Source: Candidatus Hodarchaeota archaeon
GTDB lineage: Archaea; Asgardarchaeota; Lokiarchaeia; Sigyniarchaeales; SOKP01
Direction of reading: 5' to 3'
Length of the DNA stretch: 64,000 nucleotides
NCBI GenBank assembly: GCA_048886685.1
Contig: JBHLKM010000011.1
Location: 104,855 to 168,854, forward strand
Part shown: positions 57,131-64,000 of the stretch, one piece after another
Position numbering within the stretch: position 1 is the first letter of the stretch
Layout: every line of letters starts with the position of its first letter
Position numbers and translations under genes: made by a program
The notes under the pieces: model-generated
What the model saw: only the letters and a program-made list of their open reading frames with translations
Told to the model about the DNA's origin: nothing
Database searches by the model: none

Positions 57131-58336
57131 TTATTTTGTTAATATTTTTATGAAATTAACAAAGATGTCAGGATTCTTTAAAATAAATTTCATTAAAAAT
57201 GAGATTACAATCGGATTTTTTAATAATTTAAAAATTAAAGTTTTCGGGAAATCCATATCCCCATAAATATTGATCAAATTCTCAATTTTGCTAGTTTTTA
57301 TGATTTTAAATAATCTTGCGAAGTCTTTATTCCTTAGTCTTTCAATCACTACTCGTATTAGATAATGAATTTTTAATTGTTTTCCGATAGTAGAAAAACA
57401 AGGATTTTCATAATATCTTTTTATTATTTTTCTTGAGAAATTATCATTTTTAAAACAATTTTTAATACAATTTGCAGCATATTTCGTTGCTGTTAAAAGA
57501 TTAATTATACCTCCACCTGTAGTTGCTTTAACTTGACATGCAGAGTCCCCTAATAACAATATGTTATTAAACGCAAGTTTATTCATCATACCATAGGGTA
57601 TCAGACCTCCTTGCTGATCAATTTTCTGTTTAAAATCAAGTTTAAGCCGTTTAAGGAAAATTCGAAAATTTTTTACTATATTTTGAGAACACGCTATACC
57701 AATTCGGAAAATACCATTTCCCTCTGGAACAATCCAGCCAAATAACTCTCTCCATCTAGGATCAAAATACATTGCTGCTTCATTTTCATCAAAATTAGCA
57801 GAGATACGGATTTGTATTGCATATAGATTTTTATTCTTTATTCCTAAACAATCGGCTACTGAGGAAAGTGGACCATCACATCCTATTAACATTTTTGTTT
57901 TAAGAGTTCGATGGGAAGTTTCGATCAATAAATGTTTTTGGCTCCCATTTTTAATGTATTTGAAGGATTTGAATTTTTCTCCTAGGAAAAATTGAATATT
58001 AGTATTATTACGTATTTTTTCATAGAAAAAAAGATCTAAAGCGGTTCTATCAATAATAAAAGGTTCTTCATTTCCAGATAACTTGATAAATTGCTCCTTG
58101 GGAGCAACTATTTTAGCTACTCTCACACGATTTAATACAATCTCTTTAGGTAATTCAATTAAATTACTTAATTTCTGAGATACTATACCAGCACATTGAA
58201 GTGGGAGACCTATTTCTTTATGTTCTTCAATAACAGTTATTCTTAAATTCGTGTTCGATAATGAATAACATAAATAATTTCCAGCAATACTTGCACCAAC
58301 AATGCAAATATCTGTATTTTCAATAATTCCTTCCAT
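57131..58336 (-). CDS. Geranylgeranyl reductase family FAD oxidoreductase
   Basis: IVGASIAG, EEHKEIGLPLQCAG, GCDG, FGWIVP, GDSACQVKATTGGGI. Confidence 0.88.
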   Translation of the reverse strand: MEGIIENTDICIVGASIAGNYLCYSLSNTNLRITVIEEHKEIGLPLQCAGIVSQKLSNLIELPKEIVLNRVRVAKIVAPKEQFIKLSGNEEPFIIDRTALDLFFYEKIRNNTNIQFFLGEKFKSFKYIKNGSQKHLLIETSHRTLKTKMLIGCDGPLSSVADCLGIKNKNLYAIQIRISANFDENEAAMYFDPRWRELFGWIVPEGNGIFRIGIACSQNIVKNFRIFLKRLKLDFKQKIDQQGGLIPYGMMNKLAFNNILLLGDSACQVKATTGGGIINLLTATKYAANCIKNCFKNDNFSRKIIKRYYENPCFSTIGKQLKIHYLIRVVIERLRNKDFARLFKIIKTSKIENLINIYGDMDFPKTLIFKLLKNPIVISFLMKFILKNPDIFVNFIKILTK

Positions 58337-58410
58337 TATGAGTTTTTATGTTAATAATAAATTAGAACTTTTAGGAAAAAATGATTTTAAGGAATAATAT
58401 CAAAAACAAT

Positions 58411-59448
58411 TCATAATGAATAATATTTATTATAATATGTTAATTCATTTACCGGAATTTCTCGATAACCCAGAGTAATCATTTCCCCGTAAACAACTGC
58501 TAAAAAAATATCATTAAATATAGGATTTTCATCCATAGATAAATCTGTCCTAGTTGTCAGTAATGGTCTTATTTTTTTCAATATATATTTTGTTTCAGGC
58601 TTTTCTTTGTAATATTTTATTATATCTTTTCGAAATTTCTTCATAAAAGACTCATTATCTAGTATTAGCTCTCGAACATTTTCTTTGCCCTTAACAACAC
58701 CAAAATGCCCAAATCCTGCATTTAAAGGAACCAAGTTCTTAATATTGTTTAGTGTTTCCATGTATTTTTCATGATTATAATAGATTGGCATGGATGTTGG
58801 GAGGGTTATAAGTTTTGAAGAATGATATATTGTTCCTACTGCTTCACCAAAATGAATAAAATCAAGTTGCCCATCTTTAACGAATGCAGGGCATTGATGA
58901 TCTGGGGTATGACCAGGCGTTTTAAATATAATTAAATTGACTTCCGAAGCGTCAATATGAAATGTCGAAACAACTTCAAAATTATCTGTATTTGAATCAA
59001 ATTTAATGGTAGGTTTTATTATCTGAAAAGCTGATTCCTCAATGGGTTTCATAATACCCGTTAAATCTCCATAAGTTCTCGCTCCTCGTTTTAAATGGAG
59101 CTCAAAATCATTTAACAATTCTTTCATAATCCTATTTGTAAGAATTTTTACCTCGGGGTTATGTCTTTTTAATTCTTCATATAGCTTCCATACACCCCCT
59201 ATGTGATCAAAGTGATGATGAGATGGAACGATATATTTAAAAGATGATAAAGGAATACTACTTTTCTTGAAATATCTTAAAATTCTCTCTATATCTAAGG
59301 ATGATCCACAATCGAATAGAACAGAACCATCATTAAATTCTGCAAGAAAAACAGATAACCTTCGTCTTTTTCCATATGCTTTCGCATCGATATGATGGAG
59401 ATATTTGTTAATCTTTCCAGAATTCAGTGTAATAAAATCTTTTAACAT
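58411..59448 (-). CDS. Metallo-beta-lactamase fold hydrolase
   Basis: SHHHFDHIGG, TPGHTPDH, GEAVG, FGHFG. Confidence 0.88.
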   Translation of the reverse strand: MLKDFITLNSGKINKYLHHIDAKAYGKRRRLSVFLAEFNDGSVLFDCGSSLDIERILRYFKKSSIPLSSFKYIVPSHHHFDHIGGVWKLYEELKRHNPEVKILTNRIMKELLNDFELHLKRGARTYGDLTGIMKPIEESAFQIIKPTIKFDSNTDNFEVVSTFHIDASEVNLIIFKTPGHTPDHQCPAFVKDGQLDFIHFGEAVGTIYHSSKLITLPTSMPIYYNHEKYMETLNNIKNLVPLNAGFGHFGVVKGKENVRELILDNESFMKKFRKDIIKYYKEKPETKYILKKIRPLLTTRTDLSMDENPIFNDIFLAVVYGEMITLGYREIPVNELTYYNKYYSL

Positions 59449-59527
59449 AAAACAAGTAGTAAAGAATTTAATAATAATTATTTCATTTATTAGAAGAAAA
59501 GAGAAAAGTGTTAATTAAAAAAATAAA

Positions 59528-61732
59528 TTAAAGATCGAGTTGTTCTTTCCATAGTTTCATTTTTAACTTTAAATCTTCTTTTTCTGGTTGGTTAAGCAGT
59601 CTCGTCTTAGTTTTCAATTCATTGCATTCAGTATGGATATTCTTTAATATATTGCTATAGCCTTTACGTTTAACGAATTCACTTTGAAATTTCTCTAAAG
59701 ACGTGGAAATTTCAATCCCCTTTTTACTCTCTACTGTATTCATTATACTGTCAAATAGAGTTGTTAAGAAAGATGGTGCTCTCACATCTGTGATTTTTTT
59801 TTCAGGTTCCCTAATCTCTGGTTTAGGTTCTGGTGGAATTGTAAGAGGTTTTTCTGGTCTGGTGGTTGGGGTTGTTATTTGCTCTGGCTCTCGTGAAAGA
59901 GACGATTTAATATCACGTATTATCTCTTTACGTGCCCCAACCCATGCATCCTCAAGTATTGGAACAAAGATTTTAATATGTTCCTCAATAATACTGCCGA
60001 TTCCTGCGATTTCTGTAATTTCTTCACCTCTAAACTCAGTTTTTGAAAGAACACATAAGATTACCTCTTCATAATCTCTATTAATCCCCCAGAGGTTCTG
60101 TAGAATTCTATTTCTATAAACAACATTATCCATTTGATCTAATTCCTGCATTAATGCTTCATGTGCTCGGATATTTGGATCGATATGAGTAGCAATTCTG
60201 AAATTTATTCTTGAAGGTCGTGCTTTGATAGCATCAATATTAATATCTAAAAGATCTGGAGCAACAATTAAGACCCTCATTTTCGCTTTTGAGATTTCAT
60301 CATTGATATGAGCTTTAGCTGCTTCTGGAGAACGAATGAACCAAATATCTTTCATAGTAATTGCGCCTTTCGCTTTTTTTGATTGTTCCCAGAATTCTTT
60401 CGTTGTTTTTTCACTTAGCTCTAATCTATTTAAAATATCATTTAGAGTATTGTTTAAAGTATCAACTATTCCCTTGGAAAAGATTTCTCGAATGTTTCCA
60501 AACGATTGGAAAATATCCCCTGAAAGTCCATCAATTCTTTCTTCTGCTAACTCTGCTGCTTTATTAAAATCAGTAATAATTTCTGAAAATGCTTTTTCTT
60601 TATCTTCTTCTGTTTTAAGGCTAATTCCTTCAATATTTTTTACGGCGTCTTCAATAGAACTCCTTAATTTAGTAACAAACTCAGAATCGACACCTTGAGT
60701 TAGTTTTTTTACCTCATCTGCAAAAACAGTTTGACTGACACTTAGTTGTACATTAAGATTATCAGTTATATCTTTTAACCGTGTTGATATTACTTTTTCA
60801 ATTATATCACCTACAGCTTGTTGGATTACTCCTAATCGCAATTTTTGTAAATTATCAGTAACAATTTTCTTAACATCCCCAAATTGAGATCTTAATTGAT
60901 CGACCTGAGTTTTTATTATTTGTGAAGTTTTTTGATTAAGAGTGTCAAACTGCGAAGTTAAGCTTCCGATTTGATCATCTGAAATACTTCTTGTAACTTC
61001 TCCTAAACCTGAAATGTCTTTTGTAATATTTTTGATTTGGTCTATGGCAGATATAGTTTCATCAAATTCCTTTTTTTGCGCTTGGATTTGGGTAAGCATC
61101 TTTTCTTTCAATTCAATCATCGCTTCACTGGAGTCTTTCAGTGTCTCCATACCTTTTGCCTGTGATTCGAGTTGCGCAAAAGATTTCTCTAATTGAGACG
61201 GGATTTTTGATTTAATATCAGAAATATATGTGTAGAAGTTTTTTAATTGCGCTACTAATGCCGCATATGGAGGTAATGCAGCATAATGAGGTGTAGCACC
61301 AATAATTTCTTTAAATAGTCCTTTTTCGATAAATTTATCGACAATGCTTTTGCATTCTTCCTTAGATTTCCCTATTAAAATTGAAATTTCACCCAAGGAT
61401 ACAGTTTCTCGTCCAGTAATTCGAAAATATAATTCAATCTCCTCATCTGATAATTCTATATCTCCCAGAACTTGTTTTATTAATTCCTCTGAATATACTA
61501 CCTCTTCTTCTGTTTCTTTTAAATCTTGTATCTCAAAATTTTCGATCTCTAAGCTCATATTGATAAAAACAGTTAGTTTATGTTCAGGATCTCCATGGAT
61601 ACTTTCTCTTTTTATAGGAAATTTTTTAACATCTCGATATTCTTCTGATGATACAGGAAACTTAATTTCTTTTAAGCAAAATTTACATGTAATTGGTACC
61701 TCGATTATATCCTTGTCTTTGAATAAATACAT
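59528..61732 (-). CDS. TrmB-like multidomain protein (Zn-finger, wHTH, long helical insert, TrmB/PLD-like domain)
   Basis: CKFC...HGDPEH. LSDEEIELY...SLGEISILIG...KGLF...YAALPP. About 300 aa amphipathic helical region. IWFIRSPE...SKAKMRVLIVAP...RDYEEVIL. Confidence 0.7.
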   Translation of the reverse strand: MYLFKDKDIIEVPITCKFCLKEIKFPVSSEEYRDVKKFPIKRESIHGDPEHKLTVFINMSLEIENFEIQDLKETEEEVVYSEELIKQVLGDIELSDEEIELYFRITGRETVSLGEISILIGKSKEECKSIVDKFIEKGLFKEIIGATPHYAALPPYAALVAQLKNFYTYISDIKSKIPSQLEKSFAQLESQAKGMETLKDSSEAMIELKEKMLTQIQAQKKEFDETISAIDQIKNITKDISGLGEVTRSISDDQIGSLTSQFDTLNQKTSQIIKTQVDQLRSQFGDVKKIVTDNLQKLRLGVIQQAVGDIIEKVISTRLKDITDNLNVQLSVSQTVFADEVKKLTQGVDSEFVTKLRSSIEDAVKNIEGISLKTEEDKEKAFSEIITDFNKAAELAEERIDGLSGDIFQSFGNIREIFSKGIVDTLNNTLNDILNRLELSEKTTKEFWEQSKKAKGAITMKDIWFIRSPEAAKAHINDEISKAKMRVLIVAPDLLDINIDAIKARPSRINFRIATHIDPNIRAHEALMQELDQMDNVVYRNRILQNLWGINRDYEEVILCVLSKTEFRGEEITEIAGIGSIIEEHIKIFVPILEDAWVGARKEIIRDIKSSLSREPEQITTPTTRPEKPLTIPPEPKPEIREPEKKITDVRAPSFLTTLFDSIMNTVESKKGIEISTSLEKFQSEFVKRKGYSNILKNIHTECNELKTKTRLLNQPEKEDLKLKMKLWKEQLDL

Positions 61733-61761
61733 TTTTTTATATCATCTCACTATTATTATAA

Positions 61762-63015
61762 TTAAAATTTCACTTTTTCGGGATATGTTATTTCCAATAA
61801 CTTAAGAGCTTTCTTAGCAATTTCATAAGTAATTTCACCATCACCATCCTCACCCTTATAGGCTGCTCTTATTTTGGGGAGTAAATATTCTGGGAAGATT
61901 ATTAGGGGCTTTATCTCAGTTAGCAAACAAATCCAATTTCGATCGTTTTCATCTGTAATCTCAGTAATAATATTTAAATTTTTCAAATCTTCTAATAATA
62001 TTTCTGTAATTGCAAACTCTGAAAATATTTTTGGGATTTTATCCATAGGATAATGATTATGCCGCATCAAAACAAAAAAATCATAAGCATCTGGACTTAA
62101 AAGAATAGAAGCTAATTTCTTTGTTTCTTCTGTAGATTGTGTATAAGGATCATAGTTTGAAAAATAATCTACTACTTTTTGTCGATACAATGGAAGTAAT
62201 TCATTTTTAGTTTCTTTGAAATGATTCAACAAATTTTCATTTGGGATTCGAGCAATAAGAATATCCTTCACGAGAAATAGATACTCACCTTGGTGTTTAA
62301 TTACACCCGTTTTTTTATCCTTTTCCCCCTTAATCCAATCTCGTCTAATAATGTTCAATTCTAGAAATGGTTGAAGAAGAATATCCACATTAATGGTAGC
62401 AGACATTTTCTCTAATATATTCTTTAATTCTTTCTTTGAGATTGGGTGTTCTCGTAAGAGTTCTAAGATTTTCAACCGTTCGGGGCTGTTGTAAATTAAA
62501 GCAACTTTCTGAAGTTTATCTAAATTAGATAATCTATCTACTTGAAAAATAGTGAATTTTATTTCATTTTTCAACCTAATAGTAATATTCTCTATTAAAG
62601 AAAGCTGTTTCGAACTTTTCGCTCTTGTTAATTTATCAAATATAGTGTCTAAGCGATTACCCATCTCTTTAATTAAATCTTCAAAAATTTCAATCTCATC
62701 ATCTAATTCAAATATTGACATCGTTAAATATTGAGTTCCATCAGCTACTTGTTTAAAGTAGGAAATCACTTGATAAGGGGTTTCTTTTAATCTTCCAGTA
62801 TAAAAATTGCTATAACTGTATTTTACTCCAAAAAGACCAGTTGTATGTTGGTAGAATATCGCAAAAAGATCATTATCTGCGAGTAATTCTGAAAAGTTAT
62901 CCTCATCAAACTCCTCTTCTCGAAATATTAATTGAATTGGTTCAAATCCAGGTTCTATTTCTCCTGAATCTTTCTGATTAATTTTAAATTGAAATGTCAA
63001 AATACCTTGGATCAA
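61762..63015 (-). CDS. Hypothetical protein with probable winged-helix domains
   Basis: 417-aa ORF. ERLKILELLREHPISKKELKNIL...LLQPFLELNII resembles a wHTH. 29 nt from the TrmB-like gene on the same strand. Confidence 0.7.
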   Translation of the reverse strand: MIQGILTFQFKINQKDSGEIEPGFEPIQLIFREEEFDEDNFSELLADNDLFAIFYQHTTGLFGVKYSYSNFYTGRLKETPYQVISYFKQVADGTQYLTMSIFELDDEIEIFEDLIKEMGNRLDTIFDKLTRAKSSKQLSLIENITIRLKNEIKFTIFQVDRLSNLDKLQKVALIYNSPERLKILELLREHPISKKELKNILEKMSATINVDILLQPFLELNIIRRDWIKGEKDKKTGVIKHQGEYLFLVKDILIARIPNENLLNHFKETKNELLPLYRQKVVDYFSNYDPYTQSTEETKKLASILLSPDAYDFFVLMRHNHYPMDKIPKIFSEFAITEILLEDLKNLNIITEITDENDRNWICLLTEIKPLIIFPEYLLPKIRAAYKGEDGDGEITYEIAKKALKLLEITYPEKVKF

Positions 63016-63387
63016 TTAAATCACTTTAAAAACTTGATAAATAAGTTTTAAAATTTATTCTTATAATATTATTTCTTAAGTATTATTTATTATTATAGTT
63101 TAATTAAACTTTATTCAAATTAATATAAGATAGATATCTAGAATTTGCATTTAGCTTAATGATATAACTTACTAAGGATATACTTTATATAAAAACTGAA
63201 AGTGACAAAAAAACTAAAAAAAATGTAAATCCCTTAATTTAATTTATATATCATGATATCATTATGAATTACATACAAGAATATATTACACATTTAATTA
63301 GGTCAAAGTGGGAAATTATTTATTAAATAGTTTGATATATTACCTTAAACAAAATTTTTTAATTAAAAGACTAATGGATACCCAATT

Positions 63388-64000
63388 ATGAGTCTGACAA
63401 ATTTTAGAAAAAAAGGCATTTCAGTTTCTATTATTATTTTTATATTCGTGCTTACATCATTCTTCATATTTCTTACAAATCAAAATGATAATTCATTTCT
63501 AAATAAAAGGTTTGATGGAACTGAGTTTAAGAATTTTAAAAATCCTCAATTAGCTGCTCAAGAAACCCTTACGGCAAATTGGCTTGAAAATCATGATTTC
63601 GAAATTGAGCCAATAGAGCCAACTTGGTATCCTTCCTATGGAGAATTAGGAGATAATTCAGATGTAGAAGCAACTTCAGGTTCAGGTCAAGCAAATTTTA
63701 AAATAATTGGGGATGCACATGAGGAACAGGTTCTTCTTAATAGTGCAACTTTTTCAAACTGGGAAGACTTTAATAAATCTGAGCTTGTTGTAGTTCCTCA
63801 ACGCTCCTCTGTTCCATCTTATGGAATTGATAGTGACGGTTGTTGGTGCAGTCATCGTTGGTGGGAAGGAGAGAGTGGTGGCCAACCTAAAAACACTCCT
63901 GTAATGCATTGGAGAACCAATGTAAGTTTACCAGTAGATATGTCAGATTATATTATCACTTCAGTAGACTTTAATGCGATAATAAATGGAAGTGTAGACA
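63388..64000 (+). CDS. Secreted/surface protein, N-terminal part (runs off the window)
   Basis: ATG 63388, MSLTNFRKKGISVSIIIFIFVLTSFFIFL signal/anchor. Frame open to the window end. Not in the ORF track. Confidence 0.8.
   Translation, partial: MSLTNFRKKGISVSIIIFIFVLTSFFIFLTNQNDNSFLNKRFDGTEFKNFKNPQLAAQETLTANWLENHDFEIEPIEPTWYPSYGELGDNSDVEATSGSGQANFKIIGDAHEEQVLLNSATFSNWEDFNKSELVVVPQRSSVPSYGIDSDGCWCSHRWWEGESGGQPKNTPVMHWRTNVSLPVDMSDYIITSVDFNAIINGSVD

Noticed and set aside
2079-62734. Numerous short tracked ORFs overlapping longer genes (e.g. 2079-2522, 9510-9839, 19444-19803, 30163-30540, 59703-60074, 61344-61805)
   Set aside because: Antisense or out-of-frame shadows of well-supported genes, with no motifs of their own.
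63248-63259. 12-bp palindrome ATATCATGATAT in the divergent promoter region
   Set aside because: Single AT-rich occurrence with no second copy noticed to support an operator.
1-64000. CRISPR arrays, tRNA/rRNA (including tRNA-Sec), IS elements, integrases
   Set aside because: No regularly spaced repeats, GC-rich structural RNA blocks or transposase/integrase ORFs seen by eye. A covariance search would be needed to exclude small RNAs.

Overview
Strongly AT-rich archaeal chromosomal segment, most likely Asgard (Lokiarchaeia). The evidence is tandem Rab-like GTPases, a longin/uDENN-GTPase fusion, a profilin-like gene, geranylgeranyl reductase and a eukaryote-type SECIS. The strongest signal is one the ORF track breaks up or misses: a selenocysteine-recoded operon at 16645-20437. 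hdrA (16645-18627, 660 aa) has two in-frame TGA codons at conserved Cys positions. mvhD/vhuD (18644-19102, 152 aa, absent from the ORF track) has two more. The only SECIS-like hairpin I can find (AUGA...AAA...GA core, 19110-19183) lies just after mvhD, so one element appears to serve four UGA codons in two cistrons. An FdhB/FrhB-like gene follows. Upstream are an HdrC/HdrD-type protein with a whole GltD/NfnB-like flavoprotein inserted into its first CCG domain and a tungsten AOR plus Fe-S partner, which suggests an electron-bifurcating redox cluster. Other unusual architectures are a profilin with a C-terminal extra domain, a 1528-aa Asp-box/7-TM/zinc-ribbon receptor-like protein, a serine hydrolase with an SCP2-like insert, a TrmB-like protein with a long helical insert, and a eukaryote-type xylulokinase. 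Three small gene remnants are also present. I saw no rRNA, tRNA, CRISPR array or mobile element. All calls come from reading motifs by eye, and no database searches were run.
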